NCBI GenBank assembly: GCA_039812465.1
Contig: JBDIAS010000001.1
Location: 16,206-80,205, forward strand
Source: Austwickia sp.
GTDB taxonomy: Bacteria > Actinomycetota > Actinomycetes > Actinomycetales > Dermatophilaceae
Reading direction: 5' to 3'
Length of the DNA stretch: 64,000 nucleotides
Below the pieces are notes generated by a model. That model saw nothing but the letters and a program-made list of their open reading frames with translations, was not told the origin of the DNA and ran no database searches. Below, piece after piece: positions 26,055 to 36,980 of this stretch. The number at the start of each line of letters is the position of its first letter. The stretch's first letter is position 1. Made by a program: the position numbers and the translations under genes.

Positions 26055-26067
26055 CTTTCACCGTTTC

Positions 26068-27195
26068 TTACTGGTCGAAGTCGACGGTCACTCGGTCACT
26101 GACCGGGTGGGCTTGACAGGTCAGCACGAAGCCGGCAGCCAGCTCGTTGGGCTCGAGGGCGAAGTTGATGTCCATGCTGACCTCGCCCTCGGTCACCTTG
26201 GCGCGGCAGGTGCCGCAGACGCCGTTCTTGCAGGCGTACGGGGCGTCGGGACGGAACTGCATGAGCGTGTCCAGGATGGTCGCGCCGTCGGTGGGCAGAA
26301 CGAACCTCTGGGACCGGCCGTCGAGGATGGTGGTCACGGTCGAACCGGACTGGGCGGTCGTGGTGGGCGGCGGCGTGCTGATGTCGCCCGGCTTGCCCAC
26401 GTGGAACAGCTCGCGGTGGATGTGATCCTCGTCGGCACCCGACTCGATGAGCACCTCGCGGGCCGCGTCGGTCATCGGCAGCGGACCGCAGAGGAACCAG
26501 TCGTCGATCTCCTCGTGGGACACCAGCTGGCGCAGGATCCGGCCGAGCCGGTCCGCGTCGAGACGTCCCGAGAGGATGTCGACGTCCACCGGCTCTTCGT
26601 CCAGCACGTGGATGAGCTGAAGGCGAGACGGGTAGGCGTTCTTCAGGTCCTCCAGCTCCTCCAGGAACATGATGTTCAAGGTGGTGCGGTTGACGTAGAT
26701 GAGCGTCGCCGTGCTGTTCGGCTCGGTCGCCAGCACGGAGCTGATGATCGACAGCACCGGCGTGATGCCGGAACCGGCCGCGATGGCGCCGTAGTTGCGG
26801 CTCGCCTCGGGGTCCAGGTCGACCGTGAAGCTCCCAGTGGGGGTCAGCACCTCGAGGGTGTCACCCACCTGTAGCTTCTCGGTCGCGAAGCCGGAGAAGA
26901 CGCCGTTCGGGATCCGCTTGACGCCGATGCGGAGCGTGCCGCTGGAGGCGGGGGCGCAGATCGAGTAGTTGCGGCGGATGTCGTCACCAAGGAAGGACGA
27001 GCGCACGGACAGATGCTGGCCCGGCTTGAACAGGAACTGCTCGCGCAGGTCCTCGGGCACATCGAAGGTCACCGCCACGGAATCCTCGGTCAGCCGCTCG
27101 ACCTCGGCCACCCGCAGTGGGTGGAACTGGAGGTGCCGGCGGCCCTTGCCCGCGGTGGGCAGGTCGGTCTGGTCGGGGACCACGGTGTCAGCCAT
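26068..27195 (-). CDS. paaE: Phenylacetyl-CoA epoxidase reductase subunit (FNR-like domain + C-terminal plant-type 2Fe-2S)
   Basis: RNYSICAP FAD motif, GSGITP NAD motif, and C-terminal CKNGVCGTCRAKV...LTCQA. Confidence 0.9.
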   Translation of the reverse strand: MADTVVPDQTDLPTAGKGRRHLQFHPLRVAEVERLTEDSVAVTFDVPEDLREQFLFKPGQHLSVRSSFLGDDIRRNYSICAPASSGTLRIGVKRIPNGVFSGFATEKLQVGDTLEVLTPTGSFTVDLDPEASRNYGAIAAGSGITPVLSIISSVLATEPNSTATLIYVNRTTLNIMFLEELEDLKNAYPSRLQLIHVLDEEPVDVDILSGRLDADRLGRILRQLVSHEEIDDWFLCGPLPMTDAAREVLIESGADEDHIHRELFHVGKPGDISTPPPTTTAQSGSTVTTILDGRSQRFVLPTDGATILDTLMQFRPDAPYACKNGVCGTCRAKVTEGEVSMDINFALEPNELAAGFVLTCQAHPVSDRVTVDFDQ

Positions 27196-27719
27196 CAGAT
27201 CGCCTTGAAGGAGTCGAAGGGTTCAGCACAGGATTTGCAGGTCCACAGGGACTTGCAGGGGGTGGAGCCGAATCGGCTCACCTCGTGGGTGTTCCGGGAG
27301 CCGCATCGCGGACACGTCATCGGGGTCATCAGGGTCAGACCGACCTTCGTCGAACTCGACGCCTTGGTGGGCCCGGGCGGAGCGATGCCGTACTCGCGCA
27401 GCTTCTCCCGTCCCTCCGCGCTGATCCAGTCGGTGGTCCACGCAGGAGAGAGCACGGTGTGGACGCGAACCTCCGAGACGCCGGCCTCGCGCACGGCCGC
27501 GGCGACATCCGCCGCGATGACGGCCGTGGCGGGGCAGCCCGTGTACGTCGGGGTGACGTCCACATCGACGGAGCCGTCGTCCCCGATCCGGAGGTCACGG
27601 ACGACCCCCAAGTCGCCGAGGGTGATGACGGGGATCTCCGGGTCGGGGACGGCCCGGGCGGCCGCCAACAGGCGGTCGACCCCCGGGGCCGTCACCGGCG
27701 CGGTCGAGTTGGTCACCAC
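27195..27719 (-). CDS. paaD: Phenylacetyl-CoA epoxidase subunit PaaD
   Basis: DPEIPVITLGDLGVV and the C-terminal CPRCGS...CKSC motifs. GTG overlaps the paaC stop. Confidence 0.85.
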   Translation of the reverse strand: MVTNSTAPVTAPGVDRLLAAARAVPDPEIPVITLGDLGVVRDLRIGDDGSVDVDVTPTYTGCPATAVIAADVAAAVREAGVSEVRVHTVLSPAWTTDWISAEGREKLREYGIAPPGPTKASSSTKVGLTLMTPMTCPRCGSRNTHEVSRFGSTPCKSLWTCKSCAEPFDSFKAI

Positions 27720-28486
27720 TCGGCACCCGGGTGCGAGCGGTGCAGGTGCTGCATCTCGGCCAGGATGTGCCCGAGGTGCTCGGAGTGGTAGCCGCGGCGA
27801 CCGCCGCGGGCGTGCCAGTGGGGCTCGGGCTGCGAAAGGTCGGCCTCCGCCAGGACCCGGTTGATGTAGACATCCCAGGCCGCCCGGAGGCCCGCCGGGT
27901 CCACCAGGACGCCAGGGAGCTGGTCCGCCAGGTCGGAGCTCTCGAAGAGCTCGTTGACGTACGGCCAGACGTCGTCGAGGCCCGCCTTCATCCGCTCGCG
28001 GGAGTAGTCGGTGCCGCCCGCCAGGCGGAGCACCCACAGCGTGGCGTGCTCCCGGTGGTAGGTGACCTCCTTGAGCGCCTTCGCCGCCAGACCGGCCAGC
28101 GTCTGGTCGCCGCACTGCCGCAGGGCCGAGTACAGCTCGAACTGGTAGGCGGAGAACGCCAGCAGCCGCGCCATGGTGCACGCGAAGTCGCCGTTGGGGG
28201 CCTCGACCATGTGGACGTTGAGGAAGTCCCAGTCGTCGCGCAGGTAGGCCATGTCGTCCTCGTCGCGGCCCTGCCCCTCGACCTCTCCGGCATAGGCGAG
28301 CAGGGTCCGGGCCTGGCCGAGGAGGTCCAGGGACACGTTCGCGATCGCGAGGTCTTCCTCGATCTGCGGCGCGTCGGCGATCCACTCGCACAGGCGCTGC
28401 GACAGGATCAGGGCGTCATCTCCCAGGCCCAGCGCGTAGCGCGCGAGCGGGGGGAGGGTGCGGGTCTTCTCGCTCGCGATCGTCAC
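27713..28486 (-). CDS. paaC: Phenylacetyl-CoA epoxidase subunit PaaC
   Basis: LGDDALILSQRLCEWI and HREHATLW are typical PaaC. 4-nt overlaps with its neighbours. Confidence 0.9.
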   Translation of the reverse strand: MTIASEKTRTLPPLARYALGLGDDALILSQRLCEWIADAPQIEEDLAIANVSLDLLGQARTLLAYAGEVEGQGRDEDDMAYLRDDWDFLNVHMVEAPNGDFACTMARLLAFSAYQFELYSALRQCGDQTLAGLAAKALKEVTYHREHATLWVLRLAGGTDYSRERMKAGLDDVWPYVNELFESSDLADQLPGVLVDPAGLRAAWDVYINRVLAEADLSQPEPHWHARGGRRGYHSEHLGHILAEMQHLHRSHPGAEW

Positions 28487-28809
28487 AGGTGCTCCGCCCC
28501 TTCGGGGACGTCGTAGAACGTCGGGTGCCGGTACGGCTTGTCGATGGACGGGTCGAAGAAGGGGTCCTTCTCGTCCGGGCTGCTCGCGATGATCGAGTCC
28601 GACGGGATGACCCAGATCGACACGCCCTCGGAGCGACGGGTGTAGGCGTCGCGCGCGTTGTGCAGGGCCAGCTCGGCATCCGGCGCGTGGAGGCTACCGA
28701 CGTGGTGATGGCTCAGGCCACGCTTGGCGCGGACGAACACCTCCCACAGCGGCCAGTCCCGCCGGGTCTTCCCGGCCTCCTGCGACGTGCTCTGCTCCGT
28801 GTTGCTCAT
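28483..28809 (-). CDS. paaB: Phenylacetyl-CoA epoxidase subunit PaaB
   Basis: WPLWEVFVR...[11 protein letters not shown]...A.DAYTRR is the conserved PaaB core. Confidence 0.9.
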   Translation of the reverse strand: MSNTEQSTSQEAGKTRRDWPLWEVFVRAKRGLSHHHVGSLHAPDAELALHNARDAYTRRSEGVSIWVIPSDSIIASSPDEKDPFFDPSIDKPYRHPTFYDVPEGAEHL

Positions 28810-29795
28810 GATGCCGCCTTCGTGATGTTGCGCTGTGCCTGCTTGTCGGCGTAGGCCGATGCGGCCTCACGCACCCACGCGCCGTTCTCGTGCGCCGCGA
28901 TCCGCTTGCGCATCCGCTGCACGTTGCACGGCCCGTCGCCCTTCACGACCCGCCAGAACTCGTCCCAGTCGATCTCGCTGAAGTCGTAGTGCCCGCGCTC
29001 CTCGTTCCACTTCAGGTTCGGGTCGGGAACGGACAGCCCCAGCACCTCCGCCTGGGGGACCGTCATGTCGACGAAGCGCTGACGCAGCTCGTCGTTGCTG
29101 AACCGCTTGATGCCCCACGCCATGGACTGAGCCGAGTGCGGCGACGAGTCGTCGTTGGGGCCGAACATCATCAGCGCGGGCCACCAGAACCGGTTGACGG
29201 CGTCCTGCGCCATCTCCTTCTGCTCGGGCGTGCCGTGCGACATGGTGTAGAGCAGTTCGTAACCCTGACGCTGGTGGAACGACTCCTCCTTGCAGATCCG
29301 CACCATGGAGCGCGCGTACGGACCGTAGGAGCAGCGGCACAGCGGCACCTGGTTCATGATCGCCGCGCCGTCCACGAGCCACCCGACGGCGCCGACGTCG
29401 GCCCAGTTGAGGGTCGGGTAGTTGAAGATCGAGGAGTACTTCTGCTTGCCGGCGTGGAGCATGTCGAGCAGCTCCTCCCGGCTGACCCCGAGGGTCTCGG
29501 CGGCCGAGTACAGGTACAGGCCGTGGCCGCCCTCGTCCTGAACCTTCGCGATGAGGATGGCCTTGCGCCGCAGGTTCGGCGCCCGGGTGATCCAGTTGCC
29601 CTCGGGCTGCATGCCGATGATCTCGGAATGCGCGTGCTGCGCGATCTGGCGGATCAGGGTCTTGCGGTAGGCCTCCGGCATCCAGTCCCGGGGCTCGATC
29701 CTTTGGTCGTCCGCGATCAGCTGGTCGAAGTGGGCCTGCTGATCGGCGGAAGACTCTGCCGCAGCGGGGGTGTCGGTGTCGTAGTTACCGTACAA
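28806..29795 (-). CDS. paaA: Phenylacetyl-CoA epoxidase catalytic diiron subunit PaaA
   Basis: [21 protein letters not shown] and [10 protein letters not shown] diiron ligand motifs. TTG start 4 nt after GGAGGAG. Confidence 0.9.
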   Translation of the reverse strand: MYGNYDTDTPAAAESSADQQAHFDQLIADDQRIEPRDWMPEAYRKTLIRQIAQHAHSEIIGMQPEGNWITRAPNLRRKAILIAKVQDEGGHGLYLYSAAETLGVSREELLDMLHAGKQKYSSIFNYPTLNWADVGAVGWLVDGAAIMNQVPLCRCSYGPYARSMVRICKEESFHQRQGYELLYTMSHGTPEQKEMAQDAVNRFWWPALMMFGPNDDSSPHSAQSMAWGIKRFSNDELRQRFVDMTVPQAEVLGLSVPDPNLKWNEERGHYDFSEIDWDEFWRVVKGDGPCNVQRMRKRIAAHENGAWVREAASAYADKQAQRNITKAAS

Positions 29796-29821
29796 GGGGC
29801 TCCTCCAGTCGCTCCTTTAGT

Positions 29822-29839
29822 ACCGAACGTTCAGTCAGT
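29822..29839. promoter_or_regulatory. PaaR-type operator ACCGAACGTTCAGTCAGT, 27 bp upstream of the paaA start
   Basis: Its reverse complement contains ACTGAACGTTCGGT, identical to the 14-mer at 32846-32859. Confidence 0.65.
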
Positions 29840-29890
29840 TTTTCATCGGGCGGTCAACGCTGTCAACAGCGCAGACGACCTCCCGACGTG

Positions 29891-29910
29891 CCCGTGACTC
29901 TCGTCACGGG
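29891..29910 (-). terminator. Hairpin CCCGTGAC-tctc-GTCACGGG downstream of paaJ
   Basis: 8-bp perfect stem about 60 bp beyond the paaJ stop. A second small hairpin lies at 29912-29928. Confidence 0.4.
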
Positions 29911-29969
29911 GCTCCGCATCGATCGGAGTCAGTGGTCAGACCCCTCGTCTCCTCGGAGCAGACCCAGTG

Positions 29970-31166
<1,197 letters not shown>

Positions 31167-31256
31167 GGCGACTCTCCGTTCGTTAGCTTCGTTGCTGACG
31201 TCTGCGGCTGGGAAACCGTGGTGGGGACGAGCGTACGTCCGCTCTCTGACAACGAC

Positions 31257-32777
31257 TCAGTCGAGCAGGCTGCCGCCGACCGCAGCGCGCCGGCGCAACC
31301 GGGGGCAGGGACGGTAGCGCCCGTCCCCGTAGTGGGCGCCCAGCGCGTCGAGCAGGTCGCACACCCACCGCGCCCCCACCGCGTCGCCCCAGGCCAGAGG
31401 GCCCTTCGGGTAGTTCACGCCGAGCTTCATCGCCTGGTCCACGTCCTGCGGGGAGGCGACCCCGCGGCCGGCGAGATCGGCGGCCTCGTTCGTGAGCATC
31501 GCGACGGTCCGGGCCACGAGGAGGCCGGCGAGGTCGTCGATGACGCTGACCGCCGCGCCGCCGGCCTGCAGGAGCCCCACGACCTGCGTCAGGGCCTCGT
31601 CGGGACAGCCGTCGGAGGGGGCCACGGCGAAGCGGGAGGCGGTCGCGGCATCGAGCGCTAGGTCCAGGACGACGGTCGGGCGACCCGAGGCCGCCGCGAG
31701 GGCTGTCGCGGTGGGGCCGGTGACCGGCACGAGGGTGGCCTGCCCGACCGACGCGGAGGGCACGCCCTGCGCGTCACCGCGATCGACGGTCACGCCGGCG
31801 TCGGCGAGCCGCGACCACAGCCCCTCCCAGGGGCCCCAGTCGCCGAGGACCTCGACACGCTCCGGGGCGGGGGCCGGTGGGGCCGTCTGGGGGGCCGGCT
31901 TGTCGGAGCCGTCGTAGGAGTAGAAGCCGCGCCCCGTCTTGCGACCGAGCAGCCCGGCCGCGACGAGCTCGCCCTGGGTGAGGGAGGGCATGTACCGCGG
32001 GTCGTTCCCGTAGCCCTCCCACACGCTGCGGGCGGAGGCGTAGTTGATGTCCTGCCCGATCAGGTCGGTCAGCTCCAGCGGCCCCATCCGGAAGCCGCCG
32101 GACTCCCGCACGATCGCGTCGATGGTGGCGGGGGAGGCGGTCTGCTCCTCGTACGCGCGCAGCGCCTCGCCGTAGAACGGCCGGGCGACGCGGTTGACCA
32201 CGAAGCCGGGGGTGGAGGCGACCTTGATCGCGGTCTTGCCCCACGCGGTCGCGGTCAGCGCGACCTTGTCGGCCGCGTCCGCGTCGGTGGTGAGACCGCT
32301 GATGACCTCGACCAGCCGCATGAGCGGGGCCGGGTTGAAGAAGTGCATCCCGACCACGCGCCCCGGATGGCGCAGGGGCGCCGCGATCGCCGAGATCGAG
32401 ATGGTGGAGGTGTTGCTCGTGAGCAGGCACTCGGGGGAGACGATGTCCTCCAGCTCCCCGAAGAGGGAGAGCTTGACGTCCAGGCGCTCGACAGCGGCCT
32501 CGACGACGAGCGCGGTCTCCGCCAGCGACCCGAGCCCCTCGCCGACCGTGAGCCGCTCGCCGGCGGCGCGGGCCTCATCCGCGTCCATGCGTCCCTTGTC
32601 GGCCAACGTGGCCAGGGTCGCGCGCAGCTGCTCCACCGCTTGGCTCGCCCGTCCCGGCGCGGCGTCGGTGAGGATCACCCGATGCCCGGCGACCGCGGCG
32701 ACCTGGGCGATCCCCGCGCCCATCGTCCCGACGCCGATGACCGCGACGGTTTCGGAGGGGGGAAGGGCGCTGACCAT
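31257..32777 (-). CDS. paaH: 3-hydroxyadipyl-CoA dehydrogenase (long form with an extra C-terminal domain)
   Basis: VAVIGVGTMGAGIA Rossmann motif, SNTSTISI and HFFNPAPLMRLVE. ATG at 32777. Confidence 0.8.
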   Translation of the reverse strand: MVSALPPSETVAVIGVGTMGAGIAQVAAVAGHRVILTDAAPGRASQAVEQLRATLATLADKGRMDADEARAAGERLTVGEGLGSLAETALVVEAAVERLDVKLSLFGELEDIVSPECLLTSNTSTISISAIAAPLRHPGRVVGMHFFNPAPLMRLVEVISGLTTDADAADKVALTATAWGKTAIKVASTPGFVVNRVARPFYGEALRAYEEQTASPATIDAIVRESGGFRMGPLELTDLIGQDINYASARSVWEGYGNDPRYMPSLTQGELVAAGLLGRKTGRGFYSYDGSDKPAPQTAPPAPAPERVEVLGDWGPWEGLWSRLADAGVTVDRGDAQGVPSASVGQATLVPVTGPTATALAAASGRPTVVLDLALDAATASRFAVAPSDGCPDEALTQVVGLLQAGGAAVSVIDDLAGLLVARTVAMLTNEAADLAGRGVASPQDVDQAMKLGVNYPKGPLAWGDAVGARWVCDLLDALGAHYGDGRYRPCPRLRRRAAVGGSLLD

Positions 32778-32827
32778 GACGACTCCGTAACGGGGAGGGG
32801 ACTTCCGCACATGGGGAAAGTCCCAGG

Positions 32828-32859
32828 GGTGAACGAACCAGCACTACTGAACGTTCGGT
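32828..32859. promoter_or_regulatory. Composite operator: GGTGAACGAACC (32828-32839) + ACTGAACGTTCGGT (32846-32859) in the paaH / diiron-operon divergent region
   Basis: The same two-box layout (GGTGAACGAAC, a 6-nt gap, then the GAACGTTCGGT palindrome) recurs at 41618-41650. Confidence 0.65.
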
Positions 32860-33014
32860 CTTGAAGGACCGGACTCATCGTCCGCGCCGGTCCTGGGCCG
32901 TGTCAACTTGTCGCGCGCTTGACGGGCCGTGCAGCGCGCCCGTCGGAGGCCACGCGCAGTCCGACGGCCTGCGGGTATGTCGGATCGCTCCGCCTGCGGC
33001 GGCAGCGTGGCGGA

Positions 33015-33032
33015 ACCGAACGAAGATTCAGT
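33015..33032. promoter_or_regulatory. Additional operator-like box ACCGAACGAAGATTCAGT, about 135 bp upstream of the diiron gene
   Basis: Shares the ACCGAACGA and TTCAGT arms with the other sites but has 4 extra central bases. A weaker call. Confidence 0.3.
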
Positions 33033-33164
33033 AAAGATGCCGTCCGCCTCAGTAGGATGGGACGATGGCGGTCAACGGGCCGTCGCACATCGGGGGCGCG
33101 TCCTGCGCCCGGCCCATCAGACTCGCCGCAGCCGCGACGGGTTCGGTGATGAGGAGAATCAGCC

Positions 33165-34193
33165 GTGTCTCAACGCTACGAGAAGATCGCGCACCTGCAG
33201 GAGTTCCCACCTGACACTCCGCAACCCAACATCTACCCGCTCAGCTGGCCGGACGGACCGGCCAAGATGGAGGAGATCTGGCAGTCCTCGCAGAAGGAGC
33301 TGTGGGATCCCGCCAAGCTGCCCTGGGACAGCTTCGACCCCGAGTCCTACACCTGGGAGCAGCGTGAGGCGATCGCCTACTGGTGGACGCTCTGCGCGGT
33401 CTTCGACGCGTCGGCCCCACCCGTCATGGCGACCGCGTTCGTGAAGACGTACGAGGACCACGAGGACGACGTCGTCCGGCGCTGCTTCTTCAGCATCACG
33501 CGCGACGAGGCTGCGCATGAGCACATGTGCAAGCACGCGATCACGAGGCTTCTGGACCACGACGACCCGCTCACGTACGCCCCCAAGACCGAGCTGGGAG
33601 AGCGCCTCCAGAAGAACGTCCGGTGGTTGTTCCACAACGGCGGGCGCTACTGGGAGGGCTACAAGCAGGCCGTCCCGAAGTACAGCCTCGCCGTCCTCTT
33701 CTCCTCGTTCCTCATGGGCGAGATCGCGGCCGCCACGATCTTCCACCAGATGGCCGCGGGCTGCACCGAGCCCGTGTTCCAGGAGGCGTTCCGTCGGATC
33801 GGACGCGACGAGGGCCGCCACATGGGCATCTGCCTCGCGGTGATGGAGCGCGACTACCCCAAGATCGACGTCAGCGACCACGACCTGATCACCAAGCAGA
33901 TCCGCGCCGGGTACCTGTTCTTGTCCGCCATCCTGTTCGAGCCGCCCACGGAGTTCTGGGACCTGCCGGACGACTACATCACCAACCAGCGCCTCGGGGA
34001 GCAGGTCGCCCGGGAGGCGGGCTTCGCCATCCCCGGCTACGAGGAGAAGCTGGAGAACTGGCGCCGGGCGATGCTCAACCTCAAGGGAGTGCTGGACCGG
34101 TACGGCGTCCCGTTCCCCGCGATCCCGGAGGTGGGGATCACCGGGATCGAGGTCACGGACGTCTCGATGGAGGACATCATCCCGGTCTTCTGA
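33165..34193 (+). CDS. Ferritin-like diiron-carboxylate protein (uncharacterised oxygenase/desaturase-type)
   Basis: Two (D)ExxH motifs about 100 residues apart (RDEAAHEH around aa 113-120; RDEGRHMG around aa 214-221) plus a bridging-Glu candidate, LMGEIAA (around aa 186). GTG start follows GAGGAGA. Confidence 0.7.
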   Translation: MSQRYEKIAHLQEFPPDTPQPNIYPLSWPDGPAKMEEIWQSSQKELWDPAKLPWDSFDPESYTWEQREAIAYWWTLCAVFDASAPPVMATAFVKTYEDHEDDVVRRCFFSITRDEAAHEHMCKHAITRLLDHDDPLTYAPKTELGERLQKNVRWLFHNGGRYWEGYKQAVPKYSLAVLFSSFLMGEIAAATIFHQMAAGCTEPVFQEAFRRIGRDEGRHMGICLAVMERDYPKIDVSDHDLITKQIRAGYLFLSAILFEPPTEFWDLPDDYITNQRLGEQVAREAGFAIPGYEEKLENWRRAMLNLKGVLDRYGVPFPAIPEVGITGIEVTDVSMEDIIPVF

Positions 34194-34221
34194 CCGGGCC
34201 CCGGAAAGGGCTGGTGACCCC

Positions 34222-35235
34222 GTGGGTCAGATCCGACTACACCCGTCGTCGCACGTCGTGCCCTGCGGCCCCGGGGACACGGTCCTGGAGGCGTTGGAGC
34301 GGGCGGGGTACGCCCTTCCCAACAACTGCCGCGCGGGAGCGTGCGGGGAGTGCAAGGTCAAGGTCCGCTCGGGCGAGTTCGACCAGGGCTTCGTCCTGGA
34401 CATGGCGCTGTCCCCGCTGGAGCGGGAGGTCGGCTACGGCCTGATGTGCATGGCCAAGCTGATCAGCGACGAGCTGGAGATCGAGTGGGGGACGCCCGAC
34501 GCGCGTCCGGCGATGTTCCCCGCGAAGGACGGACAGCGGTTCGTTCTGGTCGACAGCGTCCAGCGGACCCCGCGCATCACGGAGTTGGTGCTGCGGCCGA
34601 CGGCGTCGCCGCTGCGCTACTGGCCGGGGCAGTACGTCCGGGTCGGCGACCCCGAGGTGGGGCTGCCGATCCGGTCGTACTCCCTCGCCAGTGCCCCGCA
34701 CCCCGACGGTGAGATTCGCCTGCAGGTCACCCGCGTGGACGGCGGACGCACGAGCGCCTGGCTGCACGAGCTACGGCCAGGAGCGGTCATCACGTTGTCC
34801 GGGCCCCACGGGACGTTCGTGGGGGACCCGACGATCGAGACCCCGATCTTGTGTCTCGCCGCCGGGTCCGGCCTGGCGCCGATCCTGTCCCTCACGGAGG
34901 CGGCCTTGCGCCGGGGGTACAAGCGGCCGGTCACCGTGGTCTTTTCGGCCCGACGCCGGGAGGACCTCTACGACCAGGGGCTGCTGAAGTACTGGGAGAT
35001 GCGACACCGCAACTTCCGTTGCATTCCCACCCTGACGCGGGAGAAGGTGGAGGGGATACGGCACGGCCGCATTCCGGACATTCTGGCTGACGTGGTTCCG
35101 TCGCTGCGCGACCGGAGGGTGTTCATCGCGGGCGTGGAGGGGTTCGTCGAAGCGTGCCGGCGGGCGGTCCAGGCCCTCGGGGCCGACGACCGACGGATCT
35201 TCACGGAGGGCTTCTACGAGCAGCCGGACCGTTAA
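34222..35235 (+). CDS. Oxidoreductase: N-terminal plant-type [2Fe-2S] ferredoxin + FAD/NAD(P)-binding FNR domains (MmoC/BenC-type order)
   Basis: CRAGACGECKVKV...LMCMA cluster motif, RSYSLAS FAD motif and AAGSGLAPILS NAD motif. Confidence 0.85.
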   Translation: MGQIRLHPSSHVVPCGPGDTVLEALERAGYALPNNCRAGACGECKVKVRSGEFDQGFVLDMALSPLEREVGYGLMCMAKLISDELEIEWGTPDARPAMFPAKDGQRFVLVDSVQRTPRITELVLRPTASPLRYWPGQYVRVGDPEVGLPIRSYSLASAPHPDGEIRLQVTRVDGGRTSAWLHELRPGAVITLSGPHGTFVGDPTIETPILCLAAGSGLAPILSLTEAALRRGYKRPVTVVFSARRREDLYDQGLLKYWEMRHRNFRCIPTLTREKVEGIRHGRIPDILADVVPSLRDRRVFIAGVEGFVEACRRAVQALGADDRRIFTEGFYEQPDR

Positions 35236-35283
35236 CTCAACGGCGCGCGACCCGTGCCGCCAGAGGCGAGGAGGTGGCGGGTC

Positions 35284-36678
35284 GTGCGGCAGCTGAGCGG
35301 CATGGACAGCGAGTTCCTGGCGATGGAATCGGGTTCCGTGGTAGGCCACTTCGGCACCGTGACCCTGCTCGCGCCACCGGCGGACGGCCGGGTGTTGGAC
35401 GTACGCGTGGTGCGGGCGCACGTCGCCTCCCGACTCCATCTCGTGCCAGTGCTGCGCCAGCGCCTCGTGCCGGTGATGTGGGGCGTCGACCAGCCGTACT
35501 GGGTCGACGACCGCGCCTTCGACCTGACGCGGCACGTCCTGGAGGTACGGCTGCCCGAGGGCAGCGGTGTGGACCGTCTGTCCGAGGCGGTGGCGGACCT
35601 GCACCGGCACCGCCTCGACCGCAACAGGCCGCTGTGGGAGCTGTACTTCGTGACCGGTTTGTCCGAGGGGCGGTCGGCCTTCTACCTGAAGATCCACCAC
35701 GCCGTGATGGACGGCGCGGGGTGGGCGTCGCTGATGGGGGCGCTCCTCGACAAGGAACCGGGACCGCCCGACGTCCCCCCGCCGCGGGACTGGCGCCCGG
35801 AACCGGTGCCCACGCACTTGGAACTGCTCAGCATGAGCGGGTGGTCGATGGCTCGGACCTCCCTGCGCAGCATGAAGCTGGGGCTGGAGTTCATGGCGCG
35901 CGCCCCGGCCCTGACGGCGCGTCAGATCATGCCGCTGTCGCAGTCCGAGGTGATCCCGCTCACCGCGCCGCCAGCGCCGTTCAACCAGGAGATCTCAGGC
36001 GCCCGCAGCTGCGTGCTGGTCGATCTGCCCATGGACTCCGTCCAGACCGTCCGCCGATCCGTGGGGGCGACGGTCAACGACGTCGTGATGACCCTGTGCG
36101 CCGGCGCCCTCCGTCGCTGGCTGCAGGACCACGACGCGCTGCCCCCGCAGCCTCTGGTGGCCGTGGTTCCGGTCTCGGTGCGGGCGCGCGACGACCGAGA
36201 GCCCCTCGGCAACCGCCTGGGGCTCGTCCGGGGCTTGCTGCCCACCCACCTGGAGGACCCGCTCGCCCGGCTGGCGGCGATGCGCGAGGAGATGAATCGG
36301 GCCCGGGAGCGCCGAGAGGCGCTGCCGCCGCAGCTCCTGGTCGACGCCGCCGATTACGCCCCGCCGCTGGTCGCCGAGGCGGGGTGGTGGCTCACCTCGC
36401 GGGTGATGCGGCGCGTCAACGCCTGGAACGTCATGATCTCCAACGTACGGGGCCCTTCGGCGCCGCGGTTCTTCGCGGGGGCGCGGGTCATCGCGAACTA
36501 CCCGGTGTCCGTGATCGTCCACGGCCAAGGCCTCAACCTGTCGGTGTTCAGCATCGCCGGGCGCCTCTGCTTCGGTCTGGTGGCCGATCCCACGCTGGTG
36601 CCGGATCTGCCTCGGATCGGCGACTATCTCGCCGAGGAGCTCGAATTGCTCTGCAGCGCAAGCACTTCGGGCCATTAA
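35284..36678 (+). CDS. Wax ester synthase / diacylglycerol O-acyltransferase (WS/DGAT)
   Basis: Active-site HHAVMDG, an N-terminal LSGMDSEFLAME and NRPLWELY. GTG 35284 lies 9 nt after GAGGAGG. Confidence 0.85.
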   Translation: MRQLSGMDSEFLAMESGSVVGHFGTVTLLAPPADGRVLDVRVVRAHVASRLHLVPVLRQRLVPVMWGVDQPYWVDDRAFDLTRHVLEVRLPEGSGVDRLSEAVADLHRHRLDRNRPLWELYFVTGLSEGRSAFYLKIHHAVMDGAGWASLMGALLDKEPGPPDVPPPRDWRPEPVPTHLELLSMSGWSMARTSLRSMKLGLEFMARAPALTARQIMPLSQSEVIPLTAPPAPFNQEISGARSCVLVDLPMDSVQTVRRSVGATVNDVVMTLCAGALRRWLQDHDALPPQPLVAVVPVSVRARDDREPLGNRLGLVRGLLPTHLEDPLARLAAMREEMNRARERREALPPQLLVDAADYAPPLVAEAGWWLTSRVMRRVNAWNVMISNVRGPSAPRFFAGARVIANYPVSVIVHGQGLNLSVFSIAGRLCFGLVADPTLVPDLPRIGDYLAEELELLCSASTSGH

Positions 36679-36742
36679 CCCAGCCCAGGAGGGGATGGCG
36701 CGCCGCGCGTCACCGAAAAGATACCCGCCAGTACCTAGACAT

Positions 36743-36768
36743 CAGAACGTTCGGTTAGTAATACTAAC
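36743..36768. promoter_or_regulatory. Operator CAGAACGTTCGGTTAGT overlapping the 15-bp palindrome GTTAGTAATACTAAC, upstream of DUF485-actP
   Basis: Contains the exact 11-mer GAACGTTCGGT. It is 65 bp after the WS/DGAT stop and 222 bp before ATG 36981. Confidence 0.6.
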
Positions 36769-36980
36769 GGCATCCTGCCCGGCGTGACCTGGGCCACAGT
36801 GCTACCTGGCTACCTGACGGGTCACTCGCGCAGGAAGGAGGAGTGCGGTGCACGCTGCAGGCTCGACAGTGCGAGCAGGCAGCGACGCGCACCTCCGCGG
36901 CGACTGAAGCGCGGGCACCCCCTGGGAGCTGTCCCACATCCAGGGTTCCGTCACGGCACCTGCGGGTGCGAGACGAACCC

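Noticed and set aside
36843-36980. Further upstream extension of the DUF485 ORF
   Set aside because: The first 46 codons have no start with an RBS and are Arg/Ala-rich. ATG 36981 gives a protein of typical DUF485 size.
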